DNA of 64,000 nucleotides from Eledone cirrhosa (lineage: Eukaryota): assembly GCA_964016885.1 (NCBI GenBank), contig OZ024746.1, positions 57,164,001-57,228,000 on the forward strand. Direction: 5' to 3'. Shown here in pieces: positions 42,645 through 56,689 of this stretch. The notes under the pieces were generated by a model. The model was not told the DNA's origin. It worked only from the letters and a program-made list of their open reading frames with translations, and ran no database searches. Positions within the stretch are counted from its first letter, which is position 1. Each line of letters opens with the position of its first letter. The position numbers and the translations under genes were made by a program.

Positions 42645-44735
42645 TTTAGCGCCAAATGTCAAAGTAGTGGAAGATTTGGAGTGAAGGATTGTGGACAGAA
42701 GACATATTACCATGCACAGAACTGCAAGAACAACGAACAAAGCATTTGCGCAGCTTCTTTTACGAGGAGTCATGTTGTACGTGCAGAAATCTATAATGAT
42801 GCTGGCAGAACCAGAAACAATACACCTGAATGCTTCACTAATGGGAAAAAACCTTCCTGATACCCAAGAATAATGAAACATCAAACCCTAAAACCTACAG
42901 ACCCATAACATGCCTGCCTAGTATATACGTAACTATAAATGCAATTGTATTGTAGAAACTGCCCAAGTACCTGGAAAAAACAACCTACTTCCAGAAGAAT
43001 AGAAAGGATGCTGTAAATGCCGATATGTCCGTAAAGACTGGGCGCTAATCAATAAAACCATAACTTAGAACTGCAGGAAAAACCACTTAAAGTTCATAGA
43101 TCGACTAGAAAAATTCATTTGATATTGTTCCCCATAAAAGAATACTAAATAGAGTAGACATGAAGAGCGTAGAACCAACAATAAAAGCATTTATCAAGCA
43201 AGCCATGAGTAAGTGTAGAAAGTCCTGGAGATATATGAGGAGGGAACTATGATAACTATATCCCTTCCATATTAACAGAGGTGTATTTTAAAGGGACTTG
43301 CTATCCTCACTGATTCTGCTTAGCAGTTACACTATTATCTGAGGCACTAAACGGAACTGGATGATAGTATAAAAGATACAAGATAAATAACCATCTCCTG
43401 TATATGGATGATCTAAATATGTATGTTGCAAATGGAAGAGAACTTAAAACACTGCTACAGACAGTACATAGATTCTAAAAAAAAAACTGAAATAGGAATT
43501 AGAAAAATGCGCCAATGCAACGTTGAAAACAGGAAAGCTATCTTAAAACAGTAGTATCATAATACAGAAAGAAAGTGAGATAAGATAATTAGATGAATCA
43601 CTGACATACAAATACTTAAAAATCACGAAGCTAGAAAGAGTGCAATGCATACACATGTAAGAAAAGATTAGAAAGGAAATCTACAGACGGATCAGATTGT
43701 TACTTAAATTGGAACTTACTGCGAAGTTGAATTTAATTGACATCAATACTCAAGCACTAACTGTAGAAAGCTATTGTTTTAATATGCTGAACTGGACTCT
43801 ACAGGAATTAGCTGAAATAGACGGTAAAACAAGAAATATGTTAGAATTAGCTTTCCAAAATCAGATGTAGATAGATTATACCTTCTAAAAGCTCAAGGAA
43901 AACTGTTATAAAATAAATACTGTTGGTCGAAAAGAAATATGTTAGTTAGAACAAAGGAAAGATAATAGAAATAGCCACGAGACACGAACAAAAGAGAGCA
44001 TTGTTCTCTGTTTACAATAAAGCCAACACATTCAAAACAGAAGCCAGATTAACAGATAACTGTAAGGGATATTAATGCAAAGGCTTAACAACTGATATTA
44101 TGAAAACCATAAAATCTAAAGTGAAAAAGACCCTCCAGAATGCCATGTTAAAACGATGGGAAGAAGAAACGTTACATTGCCAATAAACAAAAAGGTGACT
44201 ACTGGTAAAGTAGACATGCAAAAATCACAACACTGGCTGCAAAGAGGTGGACTAAAATCAGATACAGTGGGATTTCTAATTGCAGCAAATATTCAAAGCC
44301 TCCTCTCCAGAAACCATAAAATGTTCACAATTTAAAAATTTAACAAAACGCACTATGTGTGGAGCTTAGGGAAGAAATAATTACCAAATTAGCTCCGGTT
44401 ATCAGGCATGAGAGAGTTGGAATTTGCATCAACTGGATGTTATGCTAACGTTATGAAATAACAACGGAGAAAATGATGGTAGATATACACTTCAAACGAT
44501 GTCAGAGAATTTCATAGCAACCATTCTCTGGGATATGTCAATATACACCGCCAGAGGGATGAAAACCAACCAACTGTATATTAGTGTCAAAGACCACAAG
44601 GGGAACGAATGTATTCTCATTAATGTATAAATATTTACAGATGACAATATAAACCAATGAAATGGAAAAATAAATAAGACGAATGTGGAAGATGAAAACA
44701 GAAACAATACCTGGGGATGATGAAACACAAACTGT
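42645..44735 (+). pseudogene. Degraded R4/Dong-clade element
   Basis: YRPITCL (42895), FDIVPH, NHLLYMDDL (43390), LEKCA, YKYL, WL..GGLKS, ILWDMSI. Many stops. Confidence 0.8.
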
Positions 44736-44754
44736 ACAAATTACCTCATTCTGA

Positions 44755-45245
44755 GAAATGCTGTGAGCATAAGGAGGAGTCCGTGATAGCTAACAATCGG
44801 GTGCAGGTGCCGCTAGATTTCAGGATACAAACGATCAAGGAATTAGAATACAATAGGTCTGACCTGGTGGTTTTTTGCAAGTAAAAATAATCTTGCTTGA
44901 TGATAGATGTAGCTTCCTACATTTGACCAAGTGTGCAAGAAATAAATGGAAGAGAACATTAACGGGTACCAGGTTTGAAAGTGGGAACTGAAAAGGATTT
45001 AGAGTTGTCATGCGATCAAGATTGTCGCCATTGTTGTAAGAGTCCTTGGTACTAACTCGAAGAGCTTCAAGGGTTGGTTTAAAGGACATTAACCCAGCTT
45101 TCGTTTTCGAAACTCTTCAGAAGGCATGCCAACTGGAAGCAGCAAGGAACTTCAGATACGTCCTGAATATCTGAAGTAGCAGCTTGATATACATTAGTGG
45201 ACATTTTCCGGTTAAATGCCACTAATGACTGAGATACCAAATTCA
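44755..45245 (+). mobile_element. Short 3' fragment of Dong family 2
   Basis: RLE remnant, and the 3'UTR gatacgtcctgaatatctga...atgactgagat matches the reverse complement of 7235-7370. Ends in ataataat. Confidence 0.8.
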
Positions 45246-45252
45246 TAATAAT

Positions 45253-46062
45253 TGTTTCTCCTTTTGGCACAAGGCCAGCAATTATCTCAGTGTATTACTG
45301 GTACTTTATTTTATAGGCCCCATAAGGATGAAAGGCAAAGTTGACCTCGGCGGGATTTGATCTCAGAATGGCAAGGGCCGTAACTATTTGCTGCAAAGCA
45401 TGGCGTCAGACCCTCTTCCGACACTGCCATCCACTGCGCTCATACCAAATTCATAATAATAATTATTATTTCAACTTTAGGCACAAATCCACCAAATTGA
45501 AGGGGGTGAAATCGATTAAATCGACACCAGTTCATCACTGATACTTTATTTGTCAACCTCGTAATGATGAAAGGCAAAGCTAACCTGGGCGGGATTTGAA
45601 CTGGGTTGTAAAGGGCCGTAACTCTATGCCACCAAGCATGGTGTCCGACGCGCTAACGATACTGCCAATCCACCACCCTAGATAATAATTGTTTCTACTT
45701 TTGGCACAAGGCCAGCAATTTGGAAATTGACCGCAATACATTACTGGTGCTTTATTTATCGACGCCGTAAGGTTCAAAGACAAAATTAACCTCAGCGAGA
45801 TATCAACTCAGACTGTAAAGGGCTATAACTCCATACCGCTAAACCTGTTATCTACATAACAATAACAATAATAATTGTTTCTACTTTTGGCACAAGGCAA
45901 GCAATTATATACCACTGTATTACTGGTATTTTATTTTATCGACCCCGTAATAGGATGAAAGGCAAAGTTAACCTCGGCGGGATATGAACTCAGACCATAA
46001 AGGGCCGTAACTCGAAGCTGCAAATCATGGTGTCCGACCCTCTACCGATACTGCCAATCCAC
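45253..46062 (-). mobile_element. Four head-to-tail SINE family A copies (about 45253-45441, 45466-45679, 45690-45845, 45876-46062)
   Basis: Each shows tgtttc..ttggcacaagg / gatgaaaggcaaag / gatttgaactc / actgccaatcc, separated by (TAA)n. The first has a 19-bp TSD ataccaaattcataataat (45234-45252, 45442-45460). Confidence 0.92.
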
Positions 46063-46527
46063 CTAATGATGATAAAAATAATATTATTATTAATATTATT
46101 ATTATTTGAAGACTATTGTCAAAATCAATAGCATCGTCATTAATATGGCTTAATTAATCTTTCATTAAAGAATGATATTAATTGCATTCTTTACGAAACA
46201 GAAAAAAAAATCATACTTTTTTAATGTTAAAGATAAAATAATAAATTTAAAAAATTATATTACTTCCAAAAGAGAAAAAGCCAAACTAAACAAAAGAACG
46301 AGTTCAACCCCCTTCCCTCTTCAATCACCATCATAAAAAAAAAAGATTAATTAAATACAAACCTCAAACTTGAAATACCGCGGCTCTCCAATCGTCATAA
46401 TTCTTTTGACTAGATTAAAATAAAAAAAATGATAAATTATACGTAATCGATATATCAAAATCTTTATGAATTGAAAACTTATCACATGCATAATCTATTA
46501 TTTCTCTGCCATCTCTGTCTCCGGCTA

Positions 46528-46915
<388 letters not shown>

Positions 46916-47704
46916 TCCGTGCATTTGATGTTGAAATCTGAAAATTTCTAAAAGACACTGTAATATTCCACATCAACAGTGACATAGACCGGGAACCTAA
47001 AGAGGGATACAGAGGGGTAACATCAATCCACACAGTATTTGGTTGTCCCATTTTATCCCCCGACAACATCTACGACCCACCAATCATAGAAGCCCGTCTA
47101 TAGAACAATTCTGTCTATGTGAGGCAGCATGAGACTTGCGAAGGAGCTCGATGAGAAATACTGTCACATTCATAGAAATTGCTTCAGCAGTAACTCAATA
47201 TCTTTTCGGAAGGAAAAGTTGTAAGCTCATCAGCAACAATCATGCATAACTATGTCACCAGAAAGCGTACAATCCAGAATAATACAGGTAGGAATATATT
47301 TCTATATTAGACCAACAACGGCATATTGATTCTCAGTTTGAAGGATATGATTTTTCAATCCAAGAAGAGGAGATAACAGCGAAATATCTGATGTCAAAAC
47401 AGATGTAGACTCTATAAATAAACATCGAAGATATCGGACACGTCATAAGCATTTATCCAGGCTGTTTTCACAATAATATCTATCTATGAGTTAGGGGCGA
47501 AAATACTATCCAATGCAATCCAGAGAAAGCATAGTCCTGCAAATAAACAATCATAGTGACCAAGAAGACATGTATATACAATGTTTTCTAGTAAATCCCC
47601 ATTAAAATGCAAACGTAACAGACCAGGCATAATGACATGGGAGAGGCAAAAAAAAGACGGCATACAGACAAGTGGAATTTAGCTGCCGAGTAGTTGTCAA
47701 TATA

Positions 47705-47894
47705 ATTTCTTCTACTTTAGGCACAACCCTGCAAATACCCGAGTGCATTACTGGTGATTTATTGTATCGACCACGTAAAGATTGAAAGGCAAAGTTAACC
47801 TCGACGGCATTTGAAATCAGAACATGAAGGGCCATAACTGTATGCTCTTAAGCATGGTGTCTGACGCCCTATTGGTACTGCCAATCCACCGCCC
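47705..47894 (-). mobile_element. SINE family A
   Basis: Same blocks as other copies, ending gccaatccaccgcc. Confidence 0.85.
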
Positions 47895-48404
47895 AGTTGT
47901 CAATATAATAATACATTTTCGTGAAAAGGAAAACATTGATGCTGAAATAATGCGGAATTTGCAGATACCTTGTTCTGATTATACATTTAGATTCGTATCT
48001 GTGATCATTGGGTATCGTGGATATAGGCAACATCAGTAGTAATCGTGAGATACCGGGCTTCACAGAACCAGAGGAATGACCGCTAGTTCGGAGTTTGGAA
48101 GTATAGCCTATTAATGAAATTGTAAATATATATAAAACAATTATTTAGAATGAATATTCAGCATATATTTATACACATGTATCAACAGAAACTTATGCAC
48201 CCCTACACATATAATGCAAAATATACAGATCCACACCTGCAATACCATCGTTAGATGTACACACACACACGCACACACACAGACACACGCATACACATAC
48301 ACATATAATGATACACATACTCATTTACATGTATACATTTTAATAAAGTGTCTTGTTTCTAGGTTAGAAACCACCTCTCTATATTGATGAATATTTATAA
48401 AATA

Positions 48405-48621
48405 ATGGTTTCTGATTTAAACACAAGGCTACTCATTTTTGGGAGGGGAACATCGATTAAATCGACGCCAGTGCGTGGCTTGTACTTTATGTTATCGACA
48501 CCGTAAGGATGAAACACAAAGTTAACCTCGGCTGGATTTGAACTCAGATCATGAAGTGCCGTAATTCTATGCTGCAAAGCATGGCGTCCGACACTCTACC
48601 GATATTGCCAATCCACCGCCC
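48405..48621 (-). mobile_element. SINE family A
   Basis: aatggtttctgatttaaacacaaggc...ggatttgaactcag...gccaatccaccgcc. Confidence 0.88.
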
Positions 48622-48960
48622 TATGAAAAAGTTAAATAATAAAACACACATAGATGCAGAAATAGATACATATATAATAACATACATATATAAATACATA
48701 CATACATTCCCTTATATCTGATACAGTACATGCCTATATTTCTTTCCTTTGGACGCTTCACAAATAAATTCAAACGAAGTTATGTAATCCCGTCTAACAA
48801 ACATTTATGTTAAGTTAACTAAGATGCATGAATTTATTTTATAAATACTTTATAATTTCAGATAAGAAACAGCAAATCCCACGCAAATAAAAATAAAAAG
48901 ATTTGAAAAAATCTTTTTTCTTTTACGTTACTTTGAAATAATATTTTGAAATATATTAAG

Positions 48961-49160
48961 GGTGGTAGATAAATCGTTAGAACCTCGGGCAAAAAACTTG
49001 AAGTTTGTTTTATAGTCTGAAGTCAAACGCAACGAACATCAGCCTTGCCTCTCATCCTTTCGAGATCGATCGAATACAGAACCAGTTGATTACCGAGATA
49101 CTTGTAATTGCCATTCAACACATCACTAATTTTAGCCTTGTACTTGAATTAGAAATAATT
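48961..49160 (+). mobile_element. Degraded SINE family A
   Basis: ...ccttgcctctcatcctttcgagatcgat...gccttgtacttgaattagaaataattat. Confidence 0.6.
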
Positions 49161-49751
49161 ATCATAAATAATAAGTTTGTGGATTACCAGGATATCTAAT
49201 GCATTTCATGAAAAGTGTTGTATTATATCGTTTCAGCCCTCTACAGCTAGTTTCATATCACGCCGATACTAACATTGCCTTTTAACATTCCACTGTCGCT
49301 AACATATTGTTCAATTCATGTACTGGAATCGCTATAATGAACTTTTGCTTCACCATAAATCTGTTGGGAAGTTGCCAAAAGTATAAGCCATTGATATTGT
49401 TAATATTAGACCGACAGAATCCTACAAATTTTCGGTAGCATTTACAAGAGTTATCTCCTGTATACTTATTCTTCATTCGTATTCATGTGAGAAATCGATA
49501 GATATGTTTCTTTTATTTGCCACCAGGGCATCACAAGTGGGACAAGTACAATGGGGGGGGGGGGAGTTTACAAAACAAGGCGTCCTCAATAAGGAGGAGG
49601 CAAAAACAAAATATAAAAATAAAATCAAATATAACAGAATAAAATTTATAACAAAATCCTAAATCCGCACATACCCCCGAAAAAAAGTGTGCCACCCTTT
49701 TCCTCAGGAGCACAGAGAAGGGGTGCTCCCTTGGTCTTTCATCTTCCTCAC

Positions 49752-52700
49752 CTATAGTCTGATGTAGAGTGAAGGCCCATTCACACGGGCCATTCTCGCC
49801 ACTTTCACCCATTTTTCATAAAAACGGCTGGGGTGCAGCACCTCTCTCTCCATCCTGATCCTTCATCCGAAATGATATCGGAAGAAACGGACCAGTTTTT
49901 GGCCATAGAGAAAGGTGTCTGACCTCTGTCCTTTCAGACGCGTCCACCATACAACCTCTTTCGCCATGGCTATTACGCACAGAAACACCGCCTCTCCTTC
50001 GCTTTTGAAGAGGGGAGGCGGCTTGATCGTTACAATAGACTCGGTGGTCAACCGGATCGGTCCCACCCTTGACAGCAGTTGTTCGACATAGCCCCACAGA
50101 TCGGCAATGCCCAAGCAGTGTCGCAATGCGTGTGCAACGGTTTCCTCGTCCCACACGCATCTGGGACAGATCTTTTTCGAGGGATCCCTACCCGGGCGCC
50201 CGTATCTGTAGAGCCTTTCTCGAACGGTCAGATCCCTTCTGTAGCATTGCCAGGCAAGGGACCTCTGGAAGTTATCCATGGGTCCTGGGCTGAATGTCCT
50301 ACCGAACAGGTTTGCCACTTCGTCTTCCTCCATGCCTAGGGCTTCTCCGAGGGCGTCGTCGCACCTGCTAACCACCAGCCCTCTATAGAATGACGAGGTG
50401 GATTCTCCACTGACAGCCGGGTCCGCCTGCCAGAGAGCCGTGAGCGCCTGTGCACAATCGGTGTGCCAGGCGCCCAGTTTTCTCGGTCTTTGCTCGACCC
50501 AGGTTTGCAGCTCGGTGAGTGAGACAAATCTGGGAAAGGCTCCCTCACAAACGGGGCCCACACCGGTTGACCGGAGTGGAATACCTGAAGGTGCCATAGC
50601 CTTAATGCGTGTTTACGTATCATTAGCCCAGGCATCCGTAGCCCTTCTTTCGAAGGATGTTGGCAGCAGATGGATCTCCTCACCATAGGAGCCCGCTTCT
50701 TCCAAAGGAATTGGAAGAGTGCGCGCTCCATTTTGGCGAGCGTTTACCTTGGGCAAGGCACAACGGTCAGGCGGTAGTAGATGACGGACGCTATATAAGT
50801 GTTCGCCACCTCCGCCCGACCTTTCAGGGACAGTTTGCACTCGGCCCACTTCTGGGTCAGTGCAAACACCCTGTTCGTTACCTCACCCCAGTTCTTCTCC
50901 ACCTGGAGGTCTGGTCCGAACCAGACCCCGAGCAACTTCAACGGGCCCTCCGTCCAGCGCCCGACGACGCCATGGGAGGGCATCGATCTGCCCCTCCACG
51001 TGCCGAGTTGCAGACCGATCGACTTGTCCCGGTTCAGCTTAGCCCCTGTAAACCTTTCGTACTCCTCCTGTAAGGTGCCGATTGCCCCGATTTCCGAGGC
51101 CGTCGACACCATTACTGTTACGTCATCGGCGTAGGCTGACACCGCTTTCCGCAATCCCGGTTCCAACGGGATGCCCTGCAACAACTCCAACTTCCGCAGC
51201 AGTGGCTCTAGAGTAATTACATACAGAAGGGAGGAGAGAGGGCACCCCTGTCGGATAGAACGCGCGATTTCGAACGGCTCCGAGAGGTAGCCGTTCACCT
51301 TGACCCTAGAGCAGATGCGGCTGCTGTGCATGGCATTGATCCAGCCGCTGAAAACGGGTCCGAAGCCTGCCGCCGCTAGCACCGCATCCAAGTAACCACG
51401 GTCGACCCTATCGAATGCCTTAGATTGATCCAAGTTGATCAGGGCCCCACCAAAGCTGGGTTCGTTCCCAACCCTCTCTATGATGTATCGCATGAGGTGG
51501 AGGTTGTCGTGGATGGACCTGGACGGGATAGCACATGTCTGCGCATCTCCCACCAGGTTGCCCATGACAAGCGCCAATCTATTTGCTAGCACCTTGGCCA
51601 CAATCTGCAACTCTGTATTTAGCAGAGTTACGGGCCTGAAATTATTTATATCGTCCCCCTTGTTCATGTCCTTCCTCACTAGCGTGACTACGCCCTTGGT
51701 CACAGCACAGGGAATTCTCCCGTTCTGTTGCCAGTTGCAGTAGACCGCCTCGAGGAGATCGGGGAACAAGTCCGGCATAGCTAGATAAAGTTGGTATGGA
51801 AGACCATCGAGACCCGACGATTTGCGTTTGCCGCATTGGCTCAGCACGTCCTCCTTCTCAGCAACTGAAATCGGCTCCTCGCAGGACTTCGCCTCCCTGT
51901 CCGAGAGACGCGGCAGGCCGTCGAGGTATGGACCGAAGTCCACATCCCCAACCGGCCCCCTGCCCCCTCCGAACAATCCGGCAAAGTGCTTTTGAAAAGC
52001 CTCGCACATCTGCTTAGGTTCAAGGATCACCCGTCCATCCTGGTCTCGCAAAGACCGGATAGAGGATCTGCTCCCTTTTTTGGCTTCTGTCACGCGGGCC
52101 CAGCTAACAGCTTTGGTCCCCTCGTTTCCCAGAGTACGTATTTTGCTTCGGACGATGCAGCCTTCGTGTTTCGCGTCGAAGAACTGACCCAGGGCCGTTC
52201 TCGACGCTAGCATTCTGGCCACGTCGCCGCTTCTAATTGTCACTTCTACACTATCTACCAACTCCCTTTCCTTCTTATTTCTAATTGAGGCTAACACCTT
52301 ACTAAATTCTATAGAGACTACTCTAATCTCTCTTTTGTGAGACCCCACCACCTGCTGTTGACGATGGCGCCCGTCAACAGCTCCTTAACTAAAGCGCTAA
52401 TCCGGTCCCAGTAAGCCTTACTTGCCGGTAAGAACAAGTTGAGCTTCCAGTAACCGGGTCCCTTTCTATGAGTTCTGTCAAGGTTGACCATGCAGGTCAC
52501 TAACTTGTGGTCTGAATAGCCAACCATGCCCATTTTTGGACAACTTAAAATGTCCTTATCCTTAATTCTAACTAAGAACCTATCTAGGTACGACCTAGAT
52601 GATCCGCTACGATTTGCCCAAGTCCAGGTTGGCGCAGTCGGAAAATCTAGTCGATATCTATCGGCCAGGTCAAATCGACCGATTAACCCTTTGAAGCAAT

Positions 52701-53185
52701 TACAACCCTCTCTATCGGGACAGGCCCCTACGTAGTCCTAGCGTGCATCTAGGATACCATTCCAGTCCCCCACTAATAGCAAGGAGCGGGACGTCTCTAG
52801 AAAAGTCTCCAGACGATGGAAGAAGTCCGGCCAAATTGACCCGTAAGGGCCGTAGGCGGCTACCAACCTCAACGCTCCGCCTTTACCACTGCCAAGGTCC
52901 AGAACCACTAGTCGACCCTCCGGGTCCAAATGTACCATCTGTGTTGCGAGACCCAGATGTTTTTGCAGCAGAACGACAACCCACCCCACCTCCGGGCTGA
53001 CAGAGAGATGCGTGCATCTCAAAGTCATCAAAGGTGGGGGCCAGCTGTCGCACGTTGCTGATCCGGGCTTCGCAAATAACCATCACATCTATACGTTGTG
53101 ACCTGAGGTCATTTAGAAGCATTGCTTGCTTCCAAGTTGAGCATAGGCCACACGCATTTAAACAGCCTACTCTTAGCATAGCCAT
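49752..53185 (-). pseudogene. Tx1 ORF2 APE-RT-zinc finger, disrupted
   Basis: ORF track pieces 52883-53209, 52738-53031, 52318-52533, 50744-52351, 50336-50731, 49863-50597. Confidence 0.9.
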
Positions 53186-53209
53186 GCTGGTGGTGAAGAG
53201 AAAAGGCAC

Positions 53210-55008
53210 TTAGCTCTCTGCGTCCCGGGTATCAGGCTGCACAATTTCCATTAGGGTGGGGGATGGGTTGTTGGGTGGGGTGATGGTTTCCGGATGTGTA
53301 GGGGTATCAGTGTGTTGTGTGGTTGGGGAGTTTGGAATTGTGTGGGTGTTTGGGGAGGGGGTGGAGTAGTTTTTTAGGAGGACGCGGTTAATGGGCCCGA
53401 CGCAGGGGGGACCCACGTGCTCTTTAAAGTTGTTTTTTAAAGTTTTATAGGTGTCCTGTGGGGCCTTAATCATTTTGAGGTGGGGGAAATCCCCTGCCTG
53501 GGTGAAGTTAGGCCCTTGGGTTTTTATTAGATTGTTGTTGTACACAATGTTTAACAGTTTTTTGTTTCTTGTGTTTATGTATGTGTATGCATGTTTTTGT
53601 TTTTGTGTGGTGTTTTTTTGTTTGCTGTTGCTGTGAGCTCTTTTGTGTTGGTGTCAGTGTTATGTTTTGGGGAGGGGCTGTTTTCATTTGTGTGTCTGAG
53701 GTGTGTTTTCTTTTTTTTCTTTTGCTTGTGTAGAAGTGCTCCTCCTCGTTTGGCGTCGAACTAGGGTCATCTTCCGCGTTGGAGGGGAGGGGTATATTTT
53801 CGGGTTGTGTTTGCGGTGCGGGTGTTTTGGAAATTGTTTTTTTTTTTTAGTGGGGGGGATGGGTTGAACATTGTTTTGTTTTGGTTTGAGCTGTGGTTGT
53901 TGTTTTTGTAGTGATAGTTGTGGTGATTGTGTTGGTTGTGCAGTTGTTGGTGGTGTAGGCAGGATTGGGGTTTTCTTATTAATTTGGGGACATACAGCCC
54001 CCAGGTGACCTCTGGTTCCGCAGAGGTAACACGAGGGCCGCCTACCCTCAACAGTAATGTTGATGAAACTTTGGTCATCCAGTATGACGCGTTCAGGGAT
54101 CTGGGCGATCCTTTCGGGCCTCATTTGAACTACAAGTTCGAGGCTCGTTCCACTGAACGCGTCACCCGATGCCTTTCCCATGGACACCAGCGTGTCATTA
54201 TCCAGGTCCAGGAAACCTGTCAAAACCCACCATATGTCCATAATCGGCAGGATGGCGTGGATTTTTATTTTTTGTGTACTTCTACCCATGTACGTAGGGT
54301 AGAAGGTGTATGCGGTGGATGTGATTGGTTTGATGGACAGTTTCACTGCTGTGTCCCTGTCCTTCATGAGAATGGATAGACTCCTGTAGAGTCTATCCTT
54401 CTGAATGAAGGTGATGTCCTTCATGACGTCTTTTAAAACCAGCTCTATCTCGCTCTGTGATGGTTGAGCTGGTTGTTTGCTTTTATTTGAGATTGTCCTA
54501 AACATGACAGTGTTTAGGAGTCTCTGGTTTTTTAGTTCCGGGGCGGGGGGAGGAATGGATCGTGAATGAACCATTTTCCCCGTACACTATATATGTTTTG
54601 GCATCTGCCAGTACCTCCTTCGTTTTGGTTATATCTACTGGCAGATAGTCGAGGGTTTTCCTTGCCGTCTCGGCGAAGGATAATTTTTTTTTTTTTTGTG
54701 TTGCTGTTGTAGTTGGTGGTGTTGTTGTTATCATTGTTGTTGTTATCACAGTTATTGGTCTTGTTGATGTTGTTATTGTTATTGGTGTTGTTTTCGTCCG
54801 TCGCATTGTTGTTGTTGTTGTAGCCGGTGCCGCTGGTTCTTTGGTTTGTTGCCATGGCAACGTCAAGTTGTCGGTCAACAGGTGGAGAAAATCCTTCCTT
54901 TGACTGACCTTTCTTTTTGACCACTGCTACTGTGACGGTGGCAGGAGGAAGCTGTAAGTTTATCGTCCCCTTTCCTCCTTCGAATTTTGATGAAGATGCT
55001 TCAGCCAT
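53210..55008 (-). pseudogene. Tx1 ORF1 with CCHC knuckle, frameshifted
   Basis: ORF pieces 54532-55017, 54498-54878, 53684-54574, 53210-53545. Confidence 0.82.
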
Positions 55009-55414
55009 TTTTATCAAAATAGGATTTTTCGAAATTTTTCGAAAGATAACATTCTTACAACACTATTTCGCCTAAAGGCGTAGAATATTTTGAGAGACTG
55101 ACTAGATCAAAATTTGACCTGGCAGTCTCTACAAAATGGTACAAAAATGAAAGTTTACAGTTCACAATTTCCAGATAAATTTAAACGAAACTTACCGAGC
55201 GAGCTCAGCACATGTGTCTATATAGATAGTTCGATAGATAGATAACTAGATAGATGGATGCATAAGTTGGAGGAAATCAGAATAACTTGTCGCTATGGAT
55301 AATGAACACAACCACAAGGATATGGTCCGAACGTGGGAGAGCCGAACACTCACTGTCATTGCCTCCATATCTCTCGCCCTTCCCCATCTCTCTGTATGGT
55401 GAGCAACTGGGGTT

Positions 55415-55618
55415 TCGTATTTGCATCGGCTAAAAATGTCTTGGTATATATTGATACGATTCTTTACGTGGAGTCCAAATTTCGCCGAGGTCAACTTTGT
55501 CATTTTCCCACCAGCGGTCAATAAATAAAATACCAGTGAAATACTGGATTTGTTATAATCGACGTTCACTTACTTCTAACATGTTTTAGTCATTTGCCAA
55601 TATTATGAAACCATTCTT
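55415..55618 (+). mobile_element. Degraded SINE family A
   Basis: gagtccaaatttcgccgaggtcaactttgtcattt...ggtcaataaataaaataccag...gaaaccatt. Confidence 0.65.
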
Positions 55619-55739
55619 ATATAAATTAAAAAGTGACTGTTGAAGAAATAATATATTTAATATAAAAATATCCGAAGTATTTTATTTTATTTCATTTTGT
55701 TATTATCAAAATCATAATTATAATTATAATTATCACAAT

Positions 55740-56580
55740 CAGCAGCAGCTCTTCATCATCTTCCTCCATTTCTTCCTACTTCTCACCCTTCTTGTTTCTA
55801 TGGCCATCCTCAACACCATCATCATAATTATAACCATCATCATCATTGTAATCCACATGAAATCACATTCATCATCAGCATCGTCACCATCCTCATCATA
55901 TTTCATCGCCAACATCTTCATAATATTTCAACTGGTTTCCGTTATAAACATCATCCTCATCACCATAATCTTCATCATCATCATCGTCACCGCTCTAATC
56001 ATCATCATCTACATACTTTTCACTCCAGTACCATCACACCAACATCACCCTCATATACATCACCAACAGTGATGATTGTCATCATTATCATCGTTAACAA
56101 TATCATCATTATCATCACCACCATCATCATCATCGTCATCAACATCATCATCACCATCATCATCATCGTCGTAATCCTCATCATCATCATCGTCATAATC
56201 CTCATCATCATCATCGTCATTACCATCACATCATCATTATCATCATCACTATCATCATCATCATCATCAGCACCGTCATCAACGTCACCATTATCGTCAC
56301 CACCACCATCATCAGCGTCATCATCTTCATCATCATTATCATCATCAACACCACCACCAACATCACCATCACCACCGCCATTATCATCATCATCATCATC
56401 ATCATCACCATCATCACCATCATCGTAATCCCATCATCATCATCACCACCGACATCACCATCATCACCATCATCATCATCATCATCATCACCATCACGAT
56501 TATCACCATCATGACGATCCATCATCATCACCACCATCATCATCATCATCATCACCACCATTATCATCGTCATCATCTTT
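55740..56580. repeat. (CAT)n-rich low-complexity tract
   Basis: Direct reading. Confidence 0.92.
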
Positions 56581-56689
56581 ATCTTTTAATTTCGTTAATC
56601 AGGTTATTTTCTCTTTCCAAAGTTTAGGCTGCTGCTAATGATATTATAGCAAATGATTATATTGATGATGACAGAGGCTGATAATGAAT

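Larger units (their letters stand above)
49506..55218 (-). mobile_element. Full-length Tx1/L1-type LINE, pseudogenised
   Basis: ORF1 MAEASS...SFAETARK...YPTYMG...EGRRPSCYLCGTRGHLGAVC. ORF2 MLRVGCLNACGL, GDWNGILD, YLDR, SDHK, GYWKLN, GLDGLP, DQSKAFDRV, IRQGCPLS, YADD, CPRC..ETVAHALRHC. Ends aataaaagaaac. (GATA)-like flanks. Confidence 0.94.

Noticed and set aside
47195-47240. Minus-strand CTGATGA...GAAA
   Set aside because: Helices I and II do not pair; likely chance.
47080-47700. Possible decayed coding sequence
   Set aside because: No motif could be assigned with confidence.
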